The notes beneath the pieces are model-generated. The model saw only the letters and a program-made list of their open reading frames with translations. It ran no database searches and was not told where the DNA came from. Below are positions 1 through 9,279 of a stretch of DNA of 64,000 bases, in pieces (position 1 is the stretch's first letter; every line of letters starts with the position of its first letter). The DNA comes from Candidatus Gastranaerophilales bacterium (GTDB lineage Bacteria; Cyanobacteriota; Vampirovibrionia; Gastranaerophilales; Gastranaerophilaceae): the NCBI GenBank assembly GCA_944326585.1, contig CALVEN010000007.1:282-64281 (forward strand), written 5' to 3'. The position numbers and the translations under genes were made by a program.

Positions 1-546
1 GCAGTTTGTACAGGATATAATGAATACGGTAATTGTACAGGGTGGAAATGTGACAATGGTGAAAGTCTGCCAAGCGATTATAATGGTCCTATGACGGAAT
101 GTTCATTTTTTACCGAAGAAGTATTTTTGAATACACTTAGAACAACAAAAATATGCAAAAATAACGCTTATGAACAAGGGTGTTTGCCAAAGGATTTCAG
201 GGGCGCTGATATGGCAAAAAAAGAAGAAAATCCCGATCAGGATTATGATCCGAATAGTACATTTTCGGATTCTCCAGTAAAAAATAGATATCCGGTATTT
301 GTTCTTGCAGATGGTACTTATGTAATAGGTTATGTTAGATATCCTATTACAATGCCGATTTTTGTCGCGGATATAAATGGGACTAAAGGTCCCAACAAAT
401 GGGGATATGATTTATTTGGATTCCAAATTCGAGGTGATTCAAAAAACGGCATAACCAAATTAGTAGATTATAATATCGCTATTGAAAAAGGCGGGAAAAC
501 TTTTCAGCAGATGTATAATGAAGCTTTCAATATTAATGCACAATAA
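1..546 (+). CDS. Prepilin-type (pilin-like) protein paralog, C-terminal part; the 5' end lies outside the window
   Basis: Frame 1 is open from nt 1. The tail (TKICKNNAYEQGCLPKDFRG...ADINGTKGPNKWGYDLFGF...KGGKTFQQM) aligns almost residue for residue with the C-terminal two thirds of the 51211..52137 product. Confidence 0.8.
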   Translation, partial: AVCTGYNEYGNCTGWKCDNGESLPSDYNGPMTECSFFTEEVFLNTLRTTKICKNNAYEQGCLPKDFRGADMAKKEENPDQDYDPNSTFSDSPVKNRYPVFVLADGTYVIGYVRYPITMPIFVADINGTKGPNKWGYDLFGFQIRGDSKNGITKLVDYNIAIEKGGKTFQQMYNEAFNINAQ

Positions 547-618
547 AGTATGATGTTGACCTTAACATCTTGCATAAATCGCTTTTTTCTTTTATAATCG
601 GAGAAAAAGGAGAGAAAA

Positions 619-867
619 ATGGCACAACAATTTAATCCGCAAAATGTTAAAACAAGAATTTCGGTTCTGGTTTTTATTAAAGGTTCAACAGCACCTTTGA
701 TTTTGTACGTTGAAAACCCGCAGGATTTGTATAATGAATTGACTCAGGCAATGAAATCTTCAACGGCAGTATTTATTGAAAAAGAAACAACAGGTCCTTT
801 GAAAAAAGTCTGCTTTGTATCTAATCAGATTGCGGCACTTGCTATGCAAGAGGAGCAGTACGTTTAA
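619..867 (+). CDS. Small hypothetical protein (82 aa)
   Basis: ORF preceded by GGAGAAAAAGGAGAG (SD-like). Its stop overlaps the next gene's ATG (TAATG). No family recognised. Confidence 0.5.
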   Translation: MAQQFNPQNVKTRISVLVFIKGSTAPLILYVENPQDLYNELTQAMKSSTAVFIEKETTGPLKKVCFVSNQIAALAMQEEQYV

Positions 868-1367
868 TGCATAAATCTTTATCAATAGAAGATCTTGAGG
901 GTGCTAAAAATAAGACCCTTCACTGTAAAATCGAGGAAAATATTGACGGTATTAATGCTGTAACACCCATTTCCGCTGACTTAACATTTTCATCACTTGG
1001 AGATTTCATAGAAGTCAAAGGAAATGTTAAGGGAATTGTTAAGCTTGAATGTGATTTGTGTCTTAAAGAATTTGAGTATAATCTTGATTTTGATATAGAT
1101 GAACTTTATGCAAAACACGCGCTAATTGAGGGTTCTGACGAATCGGGTCAGGAAATTGAAATTAAAGACGGACAATTTGTTACGGATTTGAACGGAGAAG
1201 ATGAAATTGATATTTATGACTTATTGTATCAATCTGTAATATTAAATTTACCAAATAAGAAAGTTTGTGGTATAAATTGTAATGGAGAGGATAAATTTTT
1301 GAAAGAAGAACAAATGTCCGATCCGAGAATGGATGTTTTTAAAAACATCAAAATAGAAGAAATATAA
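867..1367 (+). CDS. yceD: YceD/DUF177 family protein
   Basis: Acidic ~166-aa protein with paired Cys motifs (CDLC...CGINC), immediately upstream of rpmF. This is the conserved yceD-rpmF-plsX-fabH arrangement. Confidence 0.65.
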   Translation: MHKSLSIEDLEGAKNKTLHCKIEENIDGINAVTPISADLTFSSLGDFIEVKGNVKGIVKLECDLCLKEFEYNLDFDIDELYAKHALIEGSDESGQEIEIKDGQFVTDLNGEDEIDIYDLLYQSVILNLPNKKVCGINCNGEDKFLKEEQMSDPRMDVFKNIKIEEI

Positions 1368-1395
1368 GTAGTAAAAATAAAAAGGAAAAAGAAAA

Positions 1396-1767
1396 ATGGC
1401 AGTACCAAAGAAAAGAACAGGACATTCCGCACAGGGACACAGAAGAAGTAACTGGAAGGCTACAAAGCCCGAAACTACAAAATGCCCGAATTGCGGTGAA
1501 ACAAAATTAGCACATACAGTATGCACAGCATGCGGTTACTACAAAGGTAAAGCAGTAAGCATCAAATCACCTGACTATGTAGAAACCGTTGTTGAAAAGA
1601 AAAAACCTGCAAAAAAAGCAGCACCGAAAGCTAAAAAGGCAGAAAAAGCTGAAAAAGTTGAAGAAGTTGCAGAAGAAGTAAAAGCTGAAGAAACTTTGGA
1701 AGCTGAGGAAGCTAAAGCTGAAGTCGTCGATGAAGAAAAAGTAATCGAAGAAAAAGAAGCTGAATAA
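1396..1767 (+). CDS. rpmF: 50S ribosomal protein L32 with a long Lys/Glu/Ala-rich C-terminal extension
   Basis: N-terminus MAVPKKRTGHSAQGHRRSNWKA...CPNCGE...CTACGYYKG is canonical L32. About 65 extra low-complexity residues follow. Confidence 0.9.
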   Translation: MAVPKKRTGHSAQGHRRSNWKATKPETTKCPNCGETKLAHTVCTACGYYKGKAVSIKSPDYVETVVEKKKPAKKAAPKAKKAEKAEKVEEVAEEVKAEETLEAEEAKAEVVDEEKVIEEKEAE

Positions 1768-1844
1768 GTTTATAGCCTTTAAACGTCATCCCCGATGAGG
1801 GGATTGACGTAAAAGGGGAAGATAGTTGGCTTAGGAGAGGGAAA

Positions 1845-2900
1845 ATGACAAGAATAGCAATAGATGCAATGGGCGGCGATCATGCCCCGCACGAAATAGT
1901 AGCGGGAGCTGTTTGGGCTGCTCAGGATTATGGCGTAGCACTCGAATTGGTCGGGAAACAAGATAGAATTGAGCAGGAACTCGACAGAATTTCTCACGAA
2001 GGTTTTTATTCGGATTGCGGAAAGGCCGGAAAGCAGCATCGTATAAAAATTGACACTTCTAAGCTGGATATAAAAATTACCCATGCTTCCGAGATTATTG
2101 AAATGGGCGAGGCTCCGGGACAAGCTATCAGAAAGAAGAAAAAATCTTCAATAGTTTTGGCAGTTGATGCTGTTGCAACAGGCAGTTCCGACGCGGTTGT
2201 CGCAGCCGGTTCAACAGGTGCCGCTATGGCATCAAGTTTGTTCGGTCTGGGCAGAATCCCCGGAATTGACAGACCCGCAATTGCCGTAACTTTACCGACT
2301 ATTAAAAGACCGATTGTTGTTATTGACGCCGGTGCAAACAGTAATTGCAGCCCTGAAATGCTTTATCAGTTTGCCGTTATGGGAACAACTTTTTCTAAAA
2401 ACGTTTTAGGAATTGAGCATCCGCGTGTAGGCGTTTTGAATATCGGTGAAGAAGCCGGAAAAGGAAATGAGCTTGCACAACTTACTTATAAATTATTGGA
2501 AGAACATCAGGAAAGAATTAACTTTGTCGGAAATATTGAAGGTAAAGAAATTTTCCTGAGCGTTTGTGATGTTGTTGTGTGCGACGGTTTTGTCGGAAAC
2601 GTTGCGCTGAAAGTAACTGAAGGCACTTCTCAAATGTTATTCAGAATGCTTAAGCAGGAATTTAAAGCGGATTTATTGGGTAAAGTTATCGGACTTCTTG
2701 CAAAACCGTTTATGAAGAGAATTTACACCAAAATTAACTATGAAGAATTTGGCGGCGCATTACTTTTAGGCGTCAAAGGAATTACGGTAATCTCACACGG
2801 CAGAAGTAAAGCCTATGCGATTAAAAATGCCGTAAGAGTTGCAAAAGAGGCTGTCGAAACCGGTGTTAACGAGAAAATAGCAAAGTTTTATGAGGAATAA
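1845..2900 (+). CDS. plsX: Phosphate acyltransferase PlsX
   Basis: IAIDAMGGDHAP N-terminal motif, typical length, and position between rpmF and fabH. Confidence 0.9.
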   Translation: MTRIAIDAMGGDHAPHEIVAGAVWAAQDYGVALELVGKQDRIEQELDRISHEGFYSDCGKAGKQHRIKIDTSKLDIKITHASEIIEMGEAPGQAIRKKKKSSIVLAVDAVATGSSDAVVAAGSTGAAMASSLFGLGRIPGIDRPAIAVTLPTIKRPIVVIDAGANSNCSPEMLYQFAVMGTTFSKNVLGIEHPRVGVLNIGEEAGKGNELAQLTYKLLEEHQERINFVGNIEGKEIFLSVCDVVVCDGFVGNVALKVTEGTSQMLFRMLKQEFKADLLGKVIGLLAKPFMKRIYTKINYEEFGGALLLGVKGITVISHGRSKAYAIKNAVRVAKEAVETGVNEKIAKFYEE

Positions 2901-2904
2901 TAAT

Positions 2905-3921
2905 ATGGCAGATAAGTATATCCCTGTTAAAATTGCAGGTGTTGGTTACAGTTTACCTGAAGCGGTTGTTACAAACGATGATTTGACAAAATTATACGAA
3001 ACATCCGACGAATGGATTTATACACGTACGGGGATTAAGGAAAGACGTTTGGTTTCAGGCGACGAAGATGCAATTGATCTCGGGTTTGACGCTGCCAAAA
3101 AAGCGCTTGAAAAATCCGGAATTAAACCCGAAGAATTGGATTTGATTATTGCCGCATCATCTGCTCCTCCGCAGTTGTATCCTGCAATTGCATGCCATAT
3201 TCAATCAAGATTGGGAATTGAAACCGATATTCCGGCATTTGATATTACTGCGGCATGCTCAGGTTTAATCTACGGTATGCAGGTTGCAAAAGGTTTTATT
3301 AATTCCGGAATTTATAAAAATATTTTGATAGTTGCAACTGACAACAACTCAAGATATTTGGACTGGTCAGACAGAGGAACATCAATTCTGTTCGGCGACG
3401 GTGCGGGTGCCATGGTAATGACAGCATCCGATGACGGTTTAGATGATATTTTGTCAATTGATATTAAGGCAAAAGGTTCAATTGGTGAATTGATTTATAA
3501 AGATAATGTAGGCAAAAACTGTCCGCTTGTTGCGCCTTGTACAGAAAAAGACGGCTTTATCCATATGAACGGAAAAGAAGTTTACAAATTTGTTGTAAGA
3601 ATTTTGCCGCCATATATTGATGAAGTTATTGAAAAATCAGGTTTGAAAGCCGAAGATATTGATTATTTAATTCCGCATCAGGCAAACTTGAGAATTATTC
3701 AGGCGGTACAGGAAAGACTTCAATATTCGGACGAAAAAGTTATAACAAATATTAAATACTACGGAAACACATCTGCGGCATCAGTTCCTATTGCTCTGGC
3801 AGAAGGTGTAGAAAAAGGTACCGTTAAATTAGGCAGAGATAAAACAGCAATTCTTTGCGGTTTTGGTGCCGGTATGACATGGGGTGCTGCAATCGTAAGA
3901 CTCCGTGAAGGTATTTGTTAG
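2905..3921 (+). CDS. fabH: 3-oxoacyl-ACP synthase III
   Basis: Motifs AACSGLIYG (active-site Cys), HQANLRII, YGNTSAASVP, GFGAGMTWGA. I prefer ATG 2905 (GAGGA 8 nt upstream) over the track start at 2890. Confidence 0.9.
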   Translation: MADKYIPVKIAGVGYSLPEAVVTNDDLTKLYETSDEWIYTRTGIKERRLVSGDEDAIDLGFDAAKKALEKSGIKPEELDLIIAASSAPPQLYPAIACHIQSRLGIETDIPAFDITAACSGLIYGMQVAKGFINSGIYKNILIVATDNNSRYLDWSDRGTSILFGDGAGAMVMTASDDGLDDILSIDIKAKGSIGELIYKDNVGKNCPLVAPCTEKDGFIHMNGKEVYKFVVRILPPYIDEVIEKSGLKAEDIDYLIPHQANLRIIQAVQERLQYSDEKVITNIKYYGNTSAASVPIALAEGVEKGTVKLGRDKTAILCGFGAGMTWGAAIVRLREGIC

Positions 3922-4140
3922 TTCAAAAAATTTAAAAAATATTTATAAAAAGCCTTTTTTTATTATTAATGTTACAAAATGTAAAGGTAAATTCAGAATA
4001 GGCTGGAATGGGCTTATAATGGCTTTATAATATTATTTAATATATATGGTCGAATTATGTGTATGGCAAATATTCTGCGGCTAATGTTTTTATAAAAGAG
4101 AAAGCAATGTGTGCTTGAGAGTATAATAAAGGAGGATATT

Positions 4141-6150
4141 TTGACTGAAGTGAACAGAGTGGATTTGAACATGAATGCAAATGTTGTTGCATCTGACGGT
4201 AAATCCGTTGAAAATCGAAAGATGAATACTGTTTTCAATGAAGATGGTCAATTGAACAGGGTTGAAAAACAAGAATTACGAAGAAATGCTTCTGTAGATT
4301 TGACTAACAAAGAAATCAAACATTATTCACAAATGGAGGGCGGTGAGGCATTTTTAGATAAATATGCAAATGCCGTTAATATTAAAGATCAAAGTGAAAG
4401 AGAAATCGCTCGTAAAAAACTCGCACTTGACTTTTTTGTTGGCAATGATCCATACAACGATGTTGCTAATGAGATAAAAGCTGATTTGCGAAGATTCGGA
4501 GTTAATTCTGAAGAGCTGGAAAACAGATTAGAACAAAACAGGCTTAATTATCATCGTCCGAAAGTTACGATAAATTCGGAGTTTATTCCGGGTAGTATAA
4601 ATACAGCTCTTCCTGCAAGAATGCATGTTAACAAGGACCAGGACGGAAATATTACAAGTCTTACTTTGTATGAAGGTGATGAAGGTCTCAATAATGAGGA
4701 TGCTGCACCAACCAGAGTATTAGACAAAGAGGGTGAATATTTTGTCGACAAAGATGGTAAATATTACAGATTTAATGAAGAATCAAGTGTTTTATCGGAT
4801 GTAACAATAGCTGTTAATGCACAAAAAGCGGCTGCAGAACAAAAAGAAGAAAAGAAAATTGATGAGAAAAAAGAAGAACCGCCTAAATTCAGTGATATTA
4901 TGGCTAAAAATAATTCTGTTGTAATCGATGAAACCGGTTCTAAACAACGTTTAACAAGTGCAGAACAGTGGACAACAAATTTAAAAATTCCGAAAAATAC
5001 AGAATATAATGAGAACGGAGTTCCGGAAAAACTTGCAATAGAATTACCGTCAGATTACGGTGCAAAAGGTCCGGATGGTGTCGCTCAAAAAAGATATCAA
5101 ACTTTACAATTAGTTGATGCTGAAAATAATATTTATTCAGACAGAGCCGGCATTCGTCAATTCAAGTTGGAATTTGGTGAAGATGGAATTTCACTTGTTC
5201 AACAAAATATTGATGATAAAAAGGTCAAGGATTTTTTGAATCAGAATACTGAGCAAGTTTCTGAAACTGCTAAAGAGGCAGGCTTAAATGAAGTACAGAA
5301 AAAAATGGAAATTACAGCTGAGGAAGAATCAGGAGATATTATGTCGCAACTTTCTGACAGAAATAACTCTTGGGAAACATATACTCAGATTGGTACTGAT
5401 ATAGGTCATGTAACAGGTTCACACGGCTTGTTGGAAAAACTTGTTGATGAGCAGGATGTTACCGGAATTAAAACCTTTAATGACTTGAAACCGGCAATTG
5501 AAGGTTTGATGGCAAGAGTTCCTGAATCATTATATGATACTCCTGAATATAAAGCCGTACAGGAAGCAATTGACAAATTAGCTGAAGAGCCTGATGCAAA
5601 CATTAAGCACAGCTGGTTCAGACAGATTGGCGGTGATACTGATATAAGAAAACTGGACAAAGCTTTGATGAATTTGGCTAAAACTCATCTTGCCGGTACA
5701 ATTCAGGGCGCAAATCATGCAAATAATGCTTATTTGGTAGGCGGAAACGGTTCCGTTGTAATTGCTCCTGATAGAGAAAAAGGTGTTTTTGATACTGACG
5801 CTAAATTTACAATTAACGGCAATGTTTACTACCTGTATGAGGAACGTTCACTTATTGATAGAACGATTGACTTCCAGGATGTTGTTGAACACAAAGATGA
5901 TGATCATCGTGATTCTTTATCCTTAATTAGAAATGAGATTACCGGTAATGACAGGCATGGCGAGATTAAATTTAACGCTGAGCGTGCTGCTGAAAATGGA
6001 CAGTTATACTTCAAAAATCATGATACCGGTGAAAAGTTCGAAATTATTCTTGAAAACAATAATGCATATCTTATGGGTAAAGATAATGTTAAAGTCCTTT
6101 TGGAGGATATACTTAACGGCAGAGCACAGATGCCTGACCAAGTGGTATAA
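4141..6150 (+). CDS. Large hypothetical protein (~669 aa)
   Basis: Long ORF. AAGGAGG at 4129-4135 lies 5 nt before TTG 4141, so that start is more likely than the track start at 4111. No recognisable domains or signal peptide. Confidence 0.6.
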   Translation: MTEVNRVDLNMNANVVASDGKSVENRKMNTVFNEDGQLNRVEKQELRRNASVDLTNKEIKHYSQMEGGEAFLDKYANAVNIKDQSEREIARKKLALDFFVGNDPYNDVANEIKADLRRFGVNSEELENRLEQNRLNYHRPKVTINSEFIPGSINTALPARMHVNKDQDGNITSLTLYEGDEGLNNEDAAPTRVLDKEGEYFVDKDGKYYRFNEESSVLSDVTIAVNAQKAAAEQKEEKKIDEKKEEPPKFSDIMAKNNSVVIDETGSKQRLTSAEQWTTNLKIPKNTEYNENGVPEKLAIELPSDYGAKGPDGVAQKRYQTLQLVDAENNIYSDRAGIRQFKLEFGEDGISLVQQNIDDKKVKDFLNQNTEQVSETAKEAGLNEVQKKMEITAEEESGDIMSQLSDRNNSWETYTQIGTDIGHVTGSHGLLEKLVDEQDVTGIKTFNDLKPAIEGLMARVPESLYDTPEYKAVQEAIDKLAEEPDANIKHSWFRQIGGDTDIRKLDKALMNLAKTHLAGTIQGANHANNAYLVGGNGSVVIAPDREKGVFDTDAKFTINGNVYYLYEERSLIDRTIDFQDVVEHKDDDHRDSLSLIRNEITGNDRHGEIKFNAERAAENGQLYFKNHDTGEKFEIILENNNAYLMGKDNVKVLLEDILNGRAQMPDQVV

Positions 6151-6152
6151 TA

Positions 6153-6179
6153 AAAAGCCCCCGCAAGGGGGCTTTTTAT
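6153..6179 (+). terminator. Rho-independent terminator
   Basis: AAGCCCCCGCAAGGGGGCTT hairpin followed by a T-run, directly after the stop at 6150. Confidence 0.85.
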
Positions 6180-6270
6180 TATTTATCGGGTTTTAAATTG
6201 GTTTACAAAAGGTTTACTTTTAGTGTGTTTACTGTATAATAAGTTTAACGGAAGTGAGAGGGATATGAAT

Positions 6271-7218
6271 ATGGCGAAAAAGATAGCGTTTTTATTTCCT
6301 GGACAGGGTTCTCAATCTGTCGGCATGGGAAAAGATTTATATGAAAATTATGAAAGTGCAAAGACTGTTTTTGACACTGCGGACAGTGTTTTAAACAAAA
6401 GCATTTCAACAATTTGTTTTGAAGGACCGGAAGAAGATTTGAAACAAACAGTTAACACTCAGCCCGCAATTGTTACAATGTCAATTGCCGCAATGAAAGC
6501 TTTGACATCTCAAATTGATATCAAGCCGGATTACGTTGCAGGTCACAGCTTGGGTGAATATTGCGCTATGTATACGGCAGGTGTTATGTCTTTGGAAAAT
6601 ACTTTAAAATCTATCCAAAAAAGAGCTGACCTTATGGGTGCGACCAAAGGCGGAAGTATGGCTGCTGTTTTGAATGCATCTGAAGAACAGTTGAAAGCGG
6701 GCTTGGCTGAAGGTTCAAAAGTCGGCTATGTTGATGTCGCAAACTATAATTCACCCGCGCAGGTGGTTATTACGGGTGACGAAAATGCTGTTAAAGCCGC
6801 AGGCGATTATATGCTTGCAAACGGCGTAAGAAGGGTTGTGCCTCTTGCGGTTTCCGGCGCTTTTCATTCTAAATTTATGGAAAATGCAGGGCATGAATTT
6901 GCATCATTTATTTCAAATGTTGAATTAAATGACGCTTCAATTCCTGTAATTACAAACGTTGATGCTGAACCTACCGTAAACAGCTCTGATTTTAGAGAAA
7001 AAATGCCTAAACAGATCTATTCATCAGTACACTGGACACAAACTATTGAAAAAATGGTGTCTGATGGTGTTGAAATTTTTATAGAAATCGGGCCGGGCAA
7101 GGTTCTTGCAGGTTTGAACAAAAAAATCGCACCTGATGCGGTTGTATATAATGTTTATGACAAAGCATCTCTGGATGCAACGGTTTCTGCCCTTAGTGAA
7201 ATGATGGCAGGTGTATAG
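6271..7218 (+). CDS. fabD: Malonyl-CoA:ACP transacylase
   Basis: Motifs FLFPGQGSQSVGMG and GHSLGEY. Start taken at ATG 6271 (or 6265), downstream of GAGAGGG. Confidence 0.9.
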   Translation: MAKKIAFLFPGQGSQSVGMGKDLYENYESAKTVFDTADSVLNKSISTICFEGPEEDLKQTVNTQPAIVTMSIAAMKALTSQIDIKPDYVAGHSLGEYCAMYTAGVMSLENTLKSIQKRADLMGATKGGSMAAVLNASEEQLKAGLAEGSKVGYVDVANYNSPAQVVITGDENAVKAAGDYMLANGVRRVVPLAVSGAFHSKFMENAGHEFASFISNVELNDASIPVITNVDAEPTVNSSDFREKMPKQIYSSVHWTQTIEKMVSDGVEIFIEIGPGKVLAGLNKKIAPDAVVYNVYDKASLDATVSALSEMMAGV

Positions 7219-7253
7219 GATTGGGGTTTCCCCCGTAAATAAGGAGAAAAACA

Positions 7254-7985
7254 ATGACAGAAAGAAAAATTGCTTTAGTAACAGGCGGATCCCGCGGTAT
7301 TGGTTTGGCTTGTGCTATTGAACTTGCAAAAGCAGGCTGCGACATTATTATCAACGATATCTGTGATGCCGAAAAAGCTCAGCCGGCTTTGGATGAGATT
7401 AAAGCTTGCGGTGTTAACGCATATTTCTACAGCTTTGATGTTTCAAATGATCAGGCAGTTCAGGAAAATGTAGACAAAATGATTGCTGAACACGGTAAAA
7501 TTGATATCTTGTTGAACAACGCAGGTATTACAAAAGACGGTTTGTTCATAAGAATGGATATGGAACAGTGGGAAAGAGTTATCAAGATTAACCTTACAAG
7601 TGCATATTGTGTAACTCATGCCGTAATCAAACACATGATGAAAGCTCGTCAGGGTTCTATTATTAATATGTCAAGTATTGTAGGCCGCCACGGTAACGCA
7701 GGTCAGGCAAACTATTCAGCTTCTAAAGCAGGCTTAATCGGTTTGACTCAAACTCTTGCAAAAGAATTCGGCTCAAGAAACATCAGAGTTAACGCTGTAT
7801 GCCCAGGATTTATCCAAACAGCAATGACTCACGATTTGGCAAATATTGATGAGTATCTGAAAGCTATTCCGATGAAAAGACTCGGTACTCCGGAAGATAT
7901 TGCGAAAGTTGTTAAATTCCTTGCACTCGATACTGATTACGTTACAGGTCAGGCAATCGAAGTTGCAGGCGGTTTGATGTTATAA
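7254..7985 (+). CDS. fabG: 3-oxoacyl-ACP reductase
   Basis: SDR motifs VTGGSRGIG, NNAG, YSASKAG. Sits in the fab cluster. Confidence 0.9.
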   Translation: MTERKIALVTGGSRGIGLACAIELAKAGCDIIINDICDAEKAQPALDEIKACGVNAYFYSFDVSNDQAVQENVDKMIAEHGKIDILLNNAGITKDGLFIRMDMEQWERVIKINLTSAYCVTHAVIKHMMKARQGSIINMSSIVGRHGNAGQANYSASKAGLIGLTQTLAKEFGSRNIRVNAVCPGFIQTAMTHDLANIDEYLKAIPMKRLGTPEDIAKVVKFLALDTDYVTGQAIEVAGGLML

Positions 7986-8006
7986 TAGATTTTTATAAAT
8001 ATTATT

Positions 8007-8030
8007 AAGGCGGGCAAAGCCCGCCTTTTT
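8007..8030 (+). terminator. Rho-independent terminator after fabG
   Basis: AAGGCGGGCAAAGCCCGCCTT hairpin plus TTT. Confidence 0.8.
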
Positions 8031-8088
8031 CGTTAAAAATTTTTTAAGATGACTTGAATTATTGTAGCGTATATGCTACAATAATTGT

Positions 8089-8403
8089 ATGAAAGAAATC
8101 ATATACTATCAATGTTCTAATAAAAGAATTCCATTTATCGAGTGGTATGAATCTCTTGATAAAAGTATGAGATTAATTATTGATAAAAGAATATCAAAAA
8201 TTGAAAGAGGCTTGTATGGTGATCATAAAAGATTGTCGCAAGAATTATATGAATTTAGATTTTCCAACGGTTTAAGAATATATTATATGGAAAAAGGTGA
8301 AACAATAGTTCTATTATTAACAGGTGGTAATAAATCAAGACAAGATAAAGATATTGAATTGGCAAAAAGATATGTCAATGAATATAATGAAAGGATAAAA
8401 TGA
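8089..8403 (+). CDS. Type II toxin, RelE/HigB-like 'addiction module killer' family
   Basis: 104 aa. Typical layout (FIEWYESL...YGDHKRL...YEFRF..GLRIYY......LLLTGGNKSRQDKDI). Overlaps the downstream HTH gene by 4 nt. Confidence 0.75.
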   Translation: MKEIIYYQCSNKRIPFIEWYESLDKSMRLIIDKRISKIERGLYGDHKRLSQELYEFRFSNGLRIYYMEKGETIVLLLTGGNKSRQDKDIELAKRYVNEYNERIK

Positions 8404-8741
8404 TGCTGAATAAGAAAGAAAAAATATTATTAAATAGTTTTCCAAAACATCAAGATTGTCTTAAGCAAAGATTAAAGGAAGATCCGGAATATGCTCAAAT
8501 GTGGTTAAATAGTATATTGGAGGATTATTCTGAAACAAAAGATGTTAATGAATTGGTATATAATTTAAAGCCGTTAATTGAATCAACATATACTATATGT
8601 GAATTTGCAAAAATAATAGGTATACATCGTATAACTTTATATAAAATTTTTGCACGGAAAATGATACCAAGCATTGAAGTTTTGCATAAAATTTTTAGCG
8701 GTTTGGGATATGAATTAAAATTGTCTATAGATAAAACTTAG
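8400..8741 (+). CDS. HTH antitoxin ('addiction module antidote', HigA-like)
   Basis: 113 aa. C-terminal HTH (FAKIIGIHRITLYKIFARKMIPSIEVLHKIFSGLGYEL). Translationally coupled to the toxin (ATGA overlap). Confidence 0.7.
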   Translation: MMLNKKEKILLNSFPKHQDCLKQRLKEDPEYAQMWLNSILEDYSETKDVNELVYNLKPLIESTYTICEFAKIIGIHRITLYKIFARKMIPSIEVLHKIFSGLGYELKLSIDKT

Positions 8742-8889
8742 AAAGAGTAAACAGAGAAAACGCGCTGTCTATTCTTTGGATTGAGTAAAATCTTGAATGG
8801 TGTGCTTTTGTTCAGGAGCTTTGGTGTAGAAAGTATTTTTATTAACAAATATAGAATAATACTTAGAATGTAACAATTTTTTAAATCAG

Positions 8890-8917
8890 TTGCAAATTTA
8901 TCTTTAAATAGTATAAT
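8890..8917 (+). promoter_or_regulatory. Sigma70-like promoter for acpP
   Basis: TTGCAA (8890-8895), 16-nt spacer, TATAAT (8912-8917), upstream of acpP. Confidence 0.55.
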
Positions 8918-8960
8918 GATTATGACATATAGTGATACACTAATTTATGAGGAAGAAGAA

Positions 8961-9191
8961 ATGAGTACATTTGAAAAAGTTAAAAAAGTTGTAGTAGATC
9001 AGTTAAGCGTAGATGAAGCATTGGTTACTCCGCAAGCAAGCTTCACAGCTGATTTGGGTGCTGATTCATTAGATACAGTTGAATTGGTTATGGCATTTGA
9101 AGAAGAATTCGGCTGCGAAATCCCTGATGAAGAAGCTGAAAAAATCCAAACAGTTCAAGACGCTGTAAACTATATTGACTCACATTCATAA
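8961..9191 (+). CDS. acpP: Acyl carrier protein
   Basis: [20 protein letters not shown] phosphopantetheine-site motif. ATG 8961 preceded by GAGGAAGAAG. The track start at 8916 adds a non-homologous extension. Confidence 0.92.
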   Translation: MSTFEKVKKVVVDQLSVDEALVTPQASFTADLGADSLDTVELVMAFEEEFGCEIPDEEAEKIQTVQDAVNYIDSHS

Positions 9192-9279
9192 TCTGAATAA
9201 TATATTTATTCGTTGAAAAAGTTTGCGAGAGTGAGAAATATTCTCTCATTCTCGCATATTTATTGTAAAGGAATAGGAG

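Noticed and set aside
1229-1526. Two minus-strand ORFs (67 and 92 aa) overlapping yceD and rpmF
   Set aside because: They are antisense to well-supported genes, with low-complexity F/L-rich translations typical of shadow ORFs in AT-rich DNA.
6223-6270. Long N-terminal extensions in the ORF track for fabD (6223), acpP (8916), fabH (2890), cca (14599), pgeF (18091), fic (27183), rsmD (52771), HIT (61410) and hydF (57714)
   Set aside because: In each case an internal ATG has a better SD and matches where family homology begins. The extensions are read-through of upstream sequence.
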